A stretch of 64,000 bases of DNA from Squalus acanthias (Eukaryota). Below, piece after piece: positions 1 through 11,699 of the stretch. Where the stretch lies: contig CM059432.1 in assembly GCA_030390025.1 (NCBI GenBank), forward strand, positions 47,990,001 to 48,054,000. Reading direction: 5' to 3'. How positions within the stretch are numbered: position 1 is the first letter of the stretch; each line of letters opens with the position of its first letter. The translations under genes were made by a program, and so were the position numbers. A model generated the notes under the pieces. That model had not been told where the DNA came from, searched no databases, and saw only the letters and a program-made list of their open reading frames with translations.

Positions 1-2228
1 CACCCTTCTACACTAGTTGTGAATACCTTGATCTTTCGTTTACTATTTAACTTGTAGCTGCCAAATTCCAATTGCTGCACAGATTTGGCAGCATTTTACC
101 CTGTCTCTACATTATACATTTTCACTGATGTGAGCAGCCTCTCCCTTTATTTGTTCATACATTTTTATAAGGCGCAGCCTTCCTAGTTCAATGTATTTAG
201 CTGAGTGTCATAACAAGAGGGCTGAACATATTTTCTCCACAATAGGAAAGGTCTTACTGCTTTGATGATAGGAATCTATCACTTAGCTCGGAATCTAACG
301 ATGATATCAGGGGCTGCATTAACCCTTTTTATACTCCAGTTGTAAATTGGCAGCTTTCAAATTAAAACAAATATGTTGTTTAGAAAGGGTTTTTTTTACA
401 CTTATTTTAGGTCAGATTTAAAACTAGCTTAAGACAAAGCATGAGAAAAGTGAGAAGGAAACTGATTTTTGATCAAGTTTGTGTGAATAGAGCATTTAAA
501 ATTCCTTGATGTCCCAACCCAATGTGTTGGCTAACATCCGTAATTTGACATGACCCACAGCCCATTCTGTGTCCTGGTTTGTAGGAAACCTGTAGTTTGC
601 ACACTGGATGAGAACTAATTCAGATCAGATCGATGCAATCCAAATTTACATTGGAAATTCAATTCAATAATTAATCATTTTATTTTGGGGGGGAAATAAT
701 AAAATTAAATTGCCTGTTCAAAGTAGGCTTATGTTCCTTTCAAGGAGGAATACCTTTCATTTTACACACAAGCTAGATATCATTGTATTTAAACTAGTGG
801 GAATATATGGAAGAAAGAACTGATGGATATGCAAGCAGAAGAAATAGGATCTGTGTTGTGAGATTTGTTTAATGAAGCATACCCCAGAGCGACATGTAAA
901 TTGTGTCACATCTGCAGAGTCACTCGAAAAGCCAGTGTTTGAAACTGGCTCATCTTGATCCGTGAGCTTCAAGCTCCTTCTGAGGCTGATAAGCTGTTTG
1001 ACCCTAAATATACATGGACAATAATTTATACTGTTCTCCAAGATGAAACGGGTCAGTGGAGGCAATATCCTTTGAAGTTTCTTTTTACCTCCCAGTAATA
1101 GCGAAAAGAAATGGTGAACAGTACAGGAAGAGGCAGCAACGAGAAACAGTCCTGGGTCACACTGGCTCGTTGAATCCCGAATTTCTCAAGTGTGACAAAC
1201 TGAACCTGAATCCTCAAAAAACAGTGGAGCAATTTTGTCCTATTGCTAGTGATATTAATTAATTAGGGATCGGGAAAATTGTGGGAAAAAGACATCTGTA
1301 CTAATTAAGTTCAGTAATGAATATAAATCCTGGTTGCTATGGAGATTCTAACCCTGCTGGATACACATTTGGATACTTTGCCAAACGGGTTTGTTGCACC
1401 TTTGTTGATTCTAGGAAAAAGCCTTTCCCTTTGGAGCATCTTTATGCAACCTTTAGTATTAATAAATGTGTATTCAACCATCTTATTTTAAGGGCAGTAT
1501 CGGTTACCAGGCATATTTGCAGCAAAAGCATGTCAGAAAAGTTGAATTTGTTTGAGACTGCGAAGCTAAAAATGGATTTGGAAATAAGCAGAAACTTGGA
1601 GAATTATATTGTGGTGACAATTTAAAAAACATGTATGAGTTGATATTAAAATATAAGCAGTAGTCCAAATATATTTCCATGGTACTTTGCATCATGTACA
1701 AACTACTTCAAAGTTTATTGGCGCAAAATTGGGATCGGTAGCGCCCATTGTTTTGACAATGGTACTGTTTGGGTACCAAATGGAGTCTGATGCGAGCGCG
1801 CACACTTGTGGGACAGATCGTGCTGGACACTATATTAGTGAGGACGTTAGCACGCACGCAGCTAACATCCACCGGAAGTATGCAGAGCAGACAATTCATG
1901 AGGTCAATCAGTGTGCAAGCTAATTTGACACCAGCGCTGCCATTTTGGACCTCAACGCTCCAGCCAACTCCCTCGCTTAAGCTCGCACAGCTGAACACGC
2001 GTTCAGCAGCAGGAAGGACCCCCTCCACCAGCGCTATTTAAAGGGATCATCAAATACTTACAGGGTAGTTGTAGGTTGATGTTTTCTGGCTGTTGCTATG
2101 CATCAACAAGTGTTTGGTGCTTCCTACAGTTGTTTAAAGTTGCTAAAGTCTACAGGGAGTGGTGTGGCAGGTGCTGAAGGACTTTGTGTTGACTTCAAGG
2201 CTCCTGCGCAAACCACTTGCTGCCAGGC

Positions 2229-3370
2229 ATGGGTGCACTAGGAGAAATTCCCTTGGAATACAGCATGACTTGGAGAATGAGCAGAGGCCATGCAGAGCAG
2301 GACAAGCTGCTAGAAAAGGCAGGAGGAGGAGAGGAAGTAGGGCTCTCAGCAGAAGGCCATATCCACCCAGGGAGTTCAGGGAGCAATTCTCCTACCTGAG
2401 CCTCAGCGAGGAACAATGTGTGAGACGTCTGCGCTTCAGTAAGAATGTCCTCACTGAAATCTGCCACCTGCTGCAGACACAACTGCAACCTCAGAGCAGG
2501 GCAAGGACCGCATTGCCAGTGCTGTGAAGGTGACCGTGGCGATGAACTTTTATGGGTCTAGCTCCTTCCAGGCTAGAGCTGGATATATTTGTAACATCTC
2601 ACAGTTTGCCATCCACTGTTGCATAAGGGAGGTCACTGAGGCTCTCTATTCAAAGAGAGCTGACTATATTTCATTCTCCTCTCTTGCCAGAGACAAGTAG
2701 GCGGAGCGAGCACACTGCTTCGATAGGGTTGCAGGCTTCCCCATGGTGCAGGATACCATTGATTGCCCGCATATTGCATGTCAACACTGCCCTTTACCAG
2801 GATTGATAGGGATTCCAGTCCCTCAATGTCCAGCTGGTGTGTGACCATAGGCAGCACATAATGCAGGTCAATCCCCGATATCCTGGAAGCAGTCATGATG
2901 CCTTCATTCTGCGGCAATCCACTGTGCCAGCTGCATTTCAGCCACCAAAGCAAACCAAAGGGTGGCTACTGGGTGAAAAGGGCTATCTGCTGACAACATG
3001 GCTCTGGTGCACAACCCACGCACATTTGCACAGCATGCATACAATGAAAGCCAAGCTGTCACAGAAAATGTGATAGAGCAGACCATTGGCGTGTTGAAAC
3101 AATGCTTCCGCTACTTGGATTGCTCTGGAGGCGTCCTGCAGTACTTGGCAGAGCGGGTGTCAAGATTCGTGGTGGTCTGCTGCATGCTGCACAACCTCAC
3201 CATCATGAGGGCACAGCCCTTGCCACCAGCTATCCAGCGAGCAGCTAAGGAGAAGGAGCATGAGGAGGAGGAGGAGGAAATAGGAAGCGGATGAAGAGGA
3301 GGAAAAGGAAGGGAGGAGGCAACCTAGACAGCCCTTTTTTGCCCGAGAAGAACTCATCGAGTGCGATACC
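2229..3370 (+). pseudogene. Harbinger (HARBI1-like DDE) transposase, frameshifted
   Basis: Fragments across frames: [78 protein letters not shown], and an acidic E-rich tail. Multiple stops and frameshifts. Confidence 0.9.
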
Positions 3371-3589
3371 AGTATCCGTAACCCCAATTCCACAGTCATC
3401 AACAGTCATCAACAGTCCCACACTCCTTACTTTCCCTCTGTCACTGAGCATCACAGCGTCTGCTTGGCCACAATGCAAAAATAAAAGCCACCACAAAATA
3501 AACATTCCAAACCAAATTTATAAATGAAATCATACCATATTGCCTACAAAAGTCAACAAATCACCCTTCTGCAGTCCCACAGTGCCTGT

Positions 3590-5415
3590 CTTCCATGTGC
3601 CTTTTGCCTGTCCTCGTGCTCCTACGCAGTGCTACCCCAGTGGCTGCAGCATGGCTGGTGGAAGACTGCTGACTTTCAGTCGGGGTAGACTGCAGATGGC
3701 CTTGCAGGACGACCTCGAGCAGCTCTGGGCCTAGAAGGCTCAGCTGCGGACTGCACAACCTTGGCATGGGTGGCAGCAGTCTGGGCTGGCTGGCTGACAG
3801 AGTGGTGGCAAAGTGGCGGGGTGGTATTACGAATGCTGTCATCCTGAGAGAGGACAGCAGGTTCGTGCTCCACGGAGCCACTGCCACTCCCCCAGGGTGG
3901 CACCTCAGCAATCCTAGTAATCTGTTGGAGGACAGATTGCTGGACTGCTGTGACACCCTGCAAGCCCCTTTCCATACTGTAATCCATAGCCATGGTGGCA
4001 GCAGTCTGAGCTTGCATGACAACAGTCTGAGCTTCCACTGCAGCACTCAGACGTTGGTTGGCTATTGCTTGTGCTGCAATGGAAATTACGACATCAGCCA
4101 TCAGACGGATGGGTCCACAAGTGTGCGAACGGAGTTGGCCACCATTTCCATGCTGGAAAGGATGGGCTCCAAGCTCTGCGCAAAGCCCTGTGCAAAGTTG
4201 GTGCTGGAATCCTCCATTCTCCTTGACATTGACCGTAGGCTTTCTGGCAGGCTTCCCAATGCTCCAAGCATTACGTTGTGCCTACCTATCTGCTTTCTTC
4301 TGTAAGCTGCCCCATCGAAGTCCTCATCTGAGTCCTCTGTAGCGGAACCTGTTTGTGTCCTCGCCTTCTAGGGAGCTGGCACCTGCGCTATCCTTGCCCC
4401 CTGCCCTGGCTGCAACCCACTCGTGCCCGGTGTCTCACCATGTGCAGATCCCGTCTCTAATCTATCCTCTAAGATATGCACAGTGTCAGTATCTGAGCTG
4501 GTGGCTGCGAGTGTGAAATCAAGTAACGGCGCCATGTCTTCATCATCACTCTCTTCTTGGTGTTCCTCCACTGCCTGGCCAGGTTGCACCTTTTGGCTAT
4601 CTGAAAGGAAAAGGCACAAGGGTAGGGTTGTGGTGAGGGGTTGGGGGAAGTAAGAGGTGCATGCTTACACCATCTGCAGCTTGTAAATCAGAAGAGAGTG
4701 TGGGATGAGGGGGAAGTGGGATGTGAGAAGGAGGATTGGTTATGAGATATCGTCATCTTTGATGGTTTCAGCCCCACCACTGGCCACGGCCTCAGCAATG
4801 GCTGTCCCAATAATGGCCAGCATCATCTCCTCCATGGGTTCAGGTGCACCTGCCCCCCTCCAGCTTGTTCCAGCTGCCTCTGGTTGTGTGCCACCTTGTC
4901 CTGCAAGAGAGAGGGAAGGGTATCAGTAAGTGTCGTGCAATATGTTTGGCAGATGTGGCTGTCATGGTTGAATAGCTGGCAATGTGTGCAAGCTGTGAGA
5001 TGTGGGTGTGAGGCTTGCAGCAGTGCTAAGCGTGTGAGGGTGAGGTGAAGCTATGAATGGTAGGTATAAGGCCTGATTGATAGAGATTGTTGGTAGGTGA
5101 GTGATGGGGGTGTGATGATCTGAGCAGTGGCTGTGGCTAGTGGTGCAGTTGGTAGGATATGGCATTTGAAGATGTATTCACTGACCTTGACCACTTGTGT
5201 GAGGTCATTGAACTTCTTGCGGCACTGCATCCAGGTCCTCAGGGCTTGACACCTGGCATTAACCTCCACGGCTATCTGCTCCTAGGCCTTTTGTCTAGAG
5301 GGTCTCCTTGCCCCCTCCAGATACAAGACATCTCTCCTATGTCCACCTCCTCCACCAAGACCTCCAGTGCAGTATCTGAAAACCTTGGAGCCCGCTCACT
5401 CCCTTGTTGTGCCAT
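3590..5415 (-). pseudogene. Harbinger Myb/SANT-like DNA-binding accessory gene (3 exons, decayed)
   Basis: Exon 1 at 5415-5186 (MAQQGSERAPRFSDTALEVLVEEV...RTWMQCRKKFNDLTQVVK, donor GTCAGT). Acceptor ctctcttgcag before 4900 and ttcctttcag before 4600. C-terminus homologous to that of copy 2. The 3' end is approximate. Confidence 0.75.
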
Positions 5416-5656
5416 TCCTCACTCTTTCCCAGGTCAGAAGCTCTTCAACCACGACTCCCAGCACCTGCTCCATCCACAATGCCCCCTGCCAAGGCATCCA
5501 GCCAATGAAAGTACTGTTAGCACTTGCTGGAAGCAGAGATCATTTAAATGAGCAGGCAGCATGAAGTAGGCGTGATGCCTGTATTGCAATCAATGGGCGT
5601 GGGTTAATCGCACGTCATGATCCCGTGCCCGGGACTATCCAATTTAGCCCCGGATG

Positions 5657-5680
5657 TCTCTCTTTCTCTCTCTCTCTCTC
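5657..5680. repeat. (CT)n microsatellite
   Basis: tctctctttctctctctctctctc next to the Harbinger TIR. Confidence 0.9.
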
Positions 5681-6579
5681 ATTTTTTTCCCCTTTAGATT
5701 ACTTGGTGTTACATGGCCAGTTTGGCTAAAAGAAAAGAGAAATCTAGTACTGAAAACAAAAAGAGAGCATGGAAGAGTAACGAACAGCAAGTTACTGAAC
5801 TTAATTTAATAAAAAGCTACTGGTAACCAAGCTTTATAACAACAATAACTTCCATTTATATAGCAACTTTAATGTAAAAAAAAGTCCAAAGCTGCTTCAC
5901 AGAAGCACAATCAGGCAAAAATGGTTGCCGAGCCGAAGAGCCTTTCTCCTCCCTATCTCTGTAACCACTTCCAGGCCTACAACCCCCTCTGACTATGTCC
6001 TGGTGCATTCCCCTCCCTTTGCCTCACCATTGATGGCTGTGCACCAACTGTCTGGGCCCTATGCTTTGGAATTCCCCTCTCAACCTTTCCATCTCTTTTT
6101 CCTCCTTTAAGACCCTCCTTAAAACCCACCTCTTAGCTGGGTATGGTACTGTAGTGATTATTTTACTGGGCTAGAGAATGCACGTTCAAATCCCACCATG
6201 GCAGTTTGGATTTTGTAATGTATTATCACATGGTTTGGTATTAGCATGCTCAATTCGCTCTGGCCTAACAAAGCAAGCACATGGACCAGCAACTCATTCT
6301 GTCTCTGTCCTTCATTTGTTCTACCCACATATATTACATTTTGGTGACGAGGATGGGATCCCAAAGCCATTTTTAGGGATCATGGAAAGACACAGTGTTC
6401 AACCTTCGAGTGGATTCAGTTTAAGGTGAATTTGTGACACCTAAACTGAATTTTTGCGATGTTTTACTGTTAATGCTCATGCAGAATCGACTGTGCTTTG
6501 CCTTTGCGTGTATGTAAACACAGCAATAGCAGCGTTAATTCTCACAGGTACACAGCTAGCGTGCTGAGTCACTGTTCGA

Positions 6580-7088
6580 TGGGATTGGGACAATCATGGC
6601 CGCACCTACGGGATTCATCGGAAGCCTCGGCATGTATGACCGAGCTCACGAACCATTCAGTTCTTACATTGAGCGGATGGAGATGTTTTTTAGGGCCAAT
6701 AACATTATTGAGACCGAGGTGCAGATTAGAATGTTCAAGCTCAAAATAAAGTAATTCGTGAATGGAAAAAAGCAATTTTTCTAATGGAGATCGGGCCAGA
6801 TATCTACGGAACGTTGACAAACCTACTCGCGCCAGGGAAAGTGAAGGATGCGTCACTTGAAGACATTGTTAAGAAACTCGACGACCATTTCGACCCAAAG
6901 CCTTTAGAAATAGCAGAGAGCTATAAGTTTGGTACCAGAAACCAAAAACAAAGTGAAACCATCAATGTACCTCTTAAGAACCCGTCTTTGCATTGCAATC
7001 TCGGCACATTTTTGGATCGTGCATTGCGAGATAAGTTTGTGTGTGGATTGGTGGATGAGCGCACACAGTCCAAGTTATTGAACACAGA
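6580..7088 (+). pseudogene. Gypsy gag remnant
   Basis: MEIGPDIYGTLTNLLAPGKVKDASLEDIVKKLDDHFDPKPLEIAESYKF...LRDKFVCGL is a typical Gypsy gag signature. The 5' limit is approximate. Confidence 0.8.
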
Positions 7089-8972
7089 GGGACAAAGAGA
7101 GGGTATGAGAATAGAATGGAAGTCAACATAAAAGGGAATCCAAAAATCTTCTATAGGCATATAAATAGTAAACGGGTAGTAAGAGGAGGGGTGGGGCCAA
7201 TTAGGAACCAAAAAGGAGACCTATGCATGGAGGCAGAGGGTATGGCTGAGGTACTAAATGAGTACTTTGCATCTGTCTTCACCAAGGAAGAGGATGCTGC
7301 CATAGACATAGTAAACGAGAAGGTAGAGGAGATACTGGATGGGATAAGAATTGATAAAGAAGAGCTACTAGAAAGGCTGGCTGTACTTAAAGTAGATAAG
7401 TCACCAGGACCGGATGGGATGCATCCTAGGATGCTGAGGGAAGTGAAGGAAGAAATTGTGGAGGTACTGGCCATAATCTTCCAATCCTCCTTAGAAACAG
7501 GGGTGGTGCCAGAGGACTGGAGAATTACAAATGTTACACCCTTGCTCAAAAAAGGGTGTAAAGATAAACCCAACAACTATAGGCCAGTCAGTTTAACCTC
7601 GGTAGTGGGGAAGCTTTTTAGAAACAATAATCAGGGACAAAGGTAACAGTCACTTGGACAAGTATGGATTAATTACGGAAAGCCAGCACGGATTTGTTAA
7701 AGGCAAATCGTGTTTGACCAACTTGATCGAGTATTTTGATGAGGTAACAGAGAAGGTTGATGAGGGCAATGCGGTTGACATGGTGTACATGGTTTTCCAA
7801 AAGGCGTTCGACAAAGTGCCACATAATAGACTTGCCAGCAAAGTTGAAGCCCATGGAATAAATGGGACAGTGGCAGCATGGATACAAAATTGGCTAAGTG
7901 ACAGGAAACAGAGAGTAGTGGTGAACGGTTGTTTTTCAGACTGGTGGAAGGTATATAGTGGTGTTCCCCAGGGGTCGGTACTAGGACCACTGCTTTTCTT
8001 GATACATATTAATGACTTGGATGTGGGTGTACAGGGCACAATTTCAAAATTTGCAGATGAAACAAAACTTGGAAGTATAGTGAACAGTGAGGAGGATAGT
8101 AATAGACTTCAAGAGGACATAGACAGGCTGGTGGAATGAGTGGATATGTGGCAGATGAAATTTAATGCAGAAAAGAGCGATGTGATACATTTTGGTAGAA
8201 AGAGTGAGGAGAGGAAATATAAACTAAAGGGTACAATCCTAAAGGAGGTGCATGAACAGAGAGACATGGGGGTATATGTGCACAAAACGTTGAAGGTGGC
8301 AGGGCAGGTTAAGAAAGCAGTTAAAAAAGCTTGCGGGATCCTGGGCTTCATGAACAGAGGTATAGAGTACAAAAGCATGGAAATTAAGATGAACCTGTAT
8401 AAAAAACTGGTACAGCCTCAACTGGAGTATTGGGTCCAATTCTGGGCACTGCACTTTAGGAAGGATTTGAAGGCCTTAGAAAGGGTGCGGAAAAGATTTA
8501 CAAGAATGATTCCAGGGATGAGGGACTTCAGTTACGTGGATAGACTAGAAAAGCTGGGGTTGTTCTCCTTAGAGCAGAGAAGATTGAGAGGAGATTTGAT
8601 AGAGGTGTTCAAACTCATGAGGGGTCTGGACAGAGTAGATAGAGAGAAACTGTTCCCATTGGCAGAAGGGTCAAGAACCAGTGGACACAGATTGAAGGTG
8701 ATTAGCAAAAGAACCAAAGGCGACATAAGAAAAAAACTTTTTTACCCAGCGAGTGGTTAGGATCTCTGGAATGCACTGCCTGAAAGGGTGGTGGAAGCAG
8801 ACTCAATCACGGCTTTCAAAAGGGAGTTAGATAAGTACCTGAAAGAAAAACATTTGCAGGGCTACGGGGAAAGGGCGAGGGAGTGGGACTAGCTGAGGTG
8901 CTCTTGCAGAGAGCCGGCACAGGCTCGACGGGCTGAATGGCCTTCTTCCGTGCTGTAACCATTCTATGATTT
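7086..8972 (+). mobile_element. CR1 (HER1-like) LINE, 5'-truncated, inserted in the Gypsy element
   Basis: RT motifs KSPGPDGMHPR, QHGFVKGKSCLTNL, KAFDKVPH, GVPQGSVLGP, KFADET. The 3' tail ends ATTCTATGATT. Confidence 0.95.
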
Positions 8973-8988
8973 CCTGTCACTTCAGTGC

Positions 8989-10069
8989 ATGGACACAGAA
9001 TCAAAACCATTCCATAACCGTCATACTGAATTGTCTTGTGAGCAAGGTCATATCAAGTGGGGAAACAGAGTGGTGGTACCTACTTCTTTGAGAGATAGAA
9101 TTCTGGCCAAACTTCATACTGAAAATCCAGGGATCGTCAGTATGAAATCAATTGCAAGAAGCTTTGTTTACTGGCCTGGATTGGACAGTGATCTTGAATC
9201 ACTTGTCAGCAAATGCAGCGTTTGCCAAAATTACAGAAACAAACCACCCAAAACTCCACTACAACCCTGGTCATGGCCAAGTAGACCTTTTCAGAGAGTA
9301 CATGTAGACCTCCGTAAGAAAGCAAATGATTATTTCCTGGTACTTGTAGATAGTCACTCAAAGTGGATTGAAGTGAAACACATGGGTTCAAATACTACAA
9401 CTGAACATACCATAGATGAGTTGAGGTCTATCTTTGCATGTCATGGCTTACCTGCAGAGCTTGTTTCTGACAATGGCCCTCAGTTCCGTTCTGTTCTATT
9501 CCAAGAATTCATGAAACGGAGTGCTATCAAACACACTCTTGTTCCGCCAGCTTCAAACGGAGCAGCCGAAAAGTCAGTCAGATCAGTAAAAGAAACTCTC
9601 AAAAAGCAAGTGTTGCAGGGTTGTTCGGGACTCAGCATGAAGCAATGTTTCGCAAATTTCTTGCTGAAGTACAGAACTGCTCCGCACACTACAACTGGAT
9701 ATACCCCAGCAGAACTCTTGATGAAGAGGAGATTGAGAACACGATTGAGTCTTGTTCAACTGAATTTGGCCTCAAAGAGTTGAACAGAAACAGTTGAGTC
9801 AGAAACGTTATTATGACACCAATCAAAAAGAACGCAGTTTCAAACAAAACGAGTGTGTTCGGGTTCTCAGTCCCCCTGGCAAGTCGAGTTCACATAAGTG
9901 GAATGTAGGAATCATAGTAGAGGTTGGTGGAATCAAGAGATATTTGGTTGAAATTGGTGACGAAATCCGAAGTGTTCATGTAGATCAGATGATCTCTGCT
10001 AGAGATGAACCAAGACATGGTTGTGAACCACTTGATCATGAACACATATATGAGTTTGACTCAGTTTAG
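8989..10069 (+). pseudogene. Gypsy integrase (HHCC zinc finger remnant, DDE core, C-terminal region)
   Basis: 264-aa ORF: LHTENPGIVSMKSIARSFVYWPG...CSVCQ, RVHVD, LVLVDSHSKWIEV, LVSDNGPQF, SNGAAEKSVRSVK, YRTAPHTTTGYTPAELLM. Continues in ORF 9794-10069. Confidence 0.9.
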
Positions 10070-10685
10070 ACTTCAGTAACTGAAGTACCAGGTTCAACCA
10101 AGTCTGAGATAGAAACAGGATCGTCATTGAGTTCGGACCCAAAATAAAACAGTCCGAAAATTGGTTCAACAACAAAACCTTCTCTGAGGAGATCAGGAAG
10201 GCTGAATTTGTAGTTCATTTAAAAGAAAAAAAAGCCAGGAGTTTTGTTATGTGGTACATGTAATGCTGGGAAAGGTGGGACCAAAATGTTGTTGTATTTG
10301 AGAGGGGAATACATACATGTTTTTTAAGGGGGATGCAGTGTAATGTATTATCACATGGTTTATCACATGGTTTGGTATGAGCATGCTCAATTCGCTCTGG
10401 CCTAATAATGCAAGCATATGAACTAGCAACTCATCATGTCTCTGTCCTTCATTTGTTCTACCCACATATATGACAAGATTTTGAATTAAGTTTTTTAAAA
10501 ATTGTAAATTAAAAACTGGTGTGAGTAACCATGAGGCTTTTGGATTGTTGTAAAAACCCAACTGATTTACTAATCTCCTTTCGGGAAGGAAACCTGCTGT
10601 CCTTATCCAGACTGGAATATGTGAGAGTCCACTCCCACACCAATGTGGTTGACTCTTAATTGCCATCTGACGTGGTGTAGCAAGC

Positions 10686-11699
10686 TTCCTTCTTCTTAGG
10701 CAGTCCCTCGGAACCGAGGATGACTTGCTTCCACATTAAAAATGAGTTCTCAGGTGACTGATGAGTCCAATGCGGGACCTACAGTCTCTGTCACAGGTGG
10801 GGCAGACTGTGGTTGAAGGGGCGGGTGGGTGGAGTGCTTGGGTTGACATGCGCTCCTTGCGCTGCTTGCGCTTGGCTTCCGCTTGCTCCCAGCGAAGAGA
10901 CTCGAAGTGTTCGGCGCCTTCCTGGATGCTTCTCCTCCACTTTGTGCGGTCTTGGGCCAGGGATTCCCAGGTGTCGGTGGGGATGTTGCACTTTTTCAAA
11001 GAGGCTTTGAGGGTGTCCTTGAAGGGTTTCTCTGCCCACCTGGGGCTCTCTTGCCATGTCGGAGCTCCGAGTAGAGCGCTTGTTTTGGGAGTCCCGTATC
11101 GGGCATGCGGACGATGTGACCCATCCATCGGAGCTGATCGAGCGTGGTCAAAGCTTCGATGCTGGGGATGTTGGCCTGAGCGAGAACACTGACGTTGGTG
11201 CGCCTATCCTGCCAATGGATTTGCAGGATCTTGCGGAGGCAGCGTTGGTGGTACCTCTCTAGTGCTTTGAGGTGCCTGCTGTACATGGTCCATGTCTCTG
11301 AGGCATACAGGAGGACAGGTATCACTACTGCTCTGTAGACCATGAGCTTGGTGCCGGGTTTAAGGTCCTGGTCTTCAAACACTCTCTTCCTCAGGCGACC
11401 GAAGGCTGCACTGGCACACTGAAGGCGGTGTTGGACTTCGTCATCGACGTCTGCCCTTGTTGACAGTAGGCTCCCGAGGTATGGAAAGTGGTCCACGTTG
11501 TCCAAGGCCTTGTCATGGATTTTGATAATCGGCGGGCAGTACTGTGTGGCAGGGGCAGGTTGGTAGAGGACCTTTGTCTTACGGATGTTTGGTGTAAGGC
11601 CCATGCTCTCGTACGCTTCGGTGAAGGTGTTAACGATGGTTTGGAGTTCGACCTCCGAGTGTGCGCAGGCGCAAGCGTCGTCTGCGTACTGTAATTTGA
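10686..11699 (-). mobile_element. RTE-clade LINE, 5'-truncated
   Basis: Perfect 9-bp TSD GTAGCAAGC (10677-10685, 11700-11708). RT motif LQYADD, C-terminal CPTCDRDCRSRIGLISHLRTH zinc finger, and an (AAG)n 3' tail. Confidence 0.95.

Larger units (their letters stand above)
1720..5651 (+). mobile_element. PIF/Harbinger DNA transposon, near full-length two-gene copy 1
   Basis: Imperfect TIRs: GGCGCAAAATTGG (1720-1732) vs reverse complement of CCAATTTAGCCCC (5639-5651), 11/13 match. Encloses a decayed DDE transposase (+) and a convergent Myb/SANT gene (-). Confidence 0.85.
6214..10475 (+). mobile_element. Gypsy/Ty3-type LTR retrotransposon with both LTRs, internally deleted
   Basis: 5' LTR 6214-6338 and 3' LTR 10339-10475 (TGTAATG...ACA). 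PBS TGGTGACGAGGATGGGA at 6342 is complementary to a tRNA-Ser 3' end. PPT aagggggatgcag precedes the 3' LTR. Flanks GGATTT/AGATTT are a possible TSD. gag and integrase remnants are present. Confidence 0.92.

Noticed and set aside
7151..8039. Antisense ORFs over CR1 copies (here and at about 40063, 46731, 52425)
   Set aside because: Typical shadow ORFs opposite RT coding sequence, with no independent evidence.
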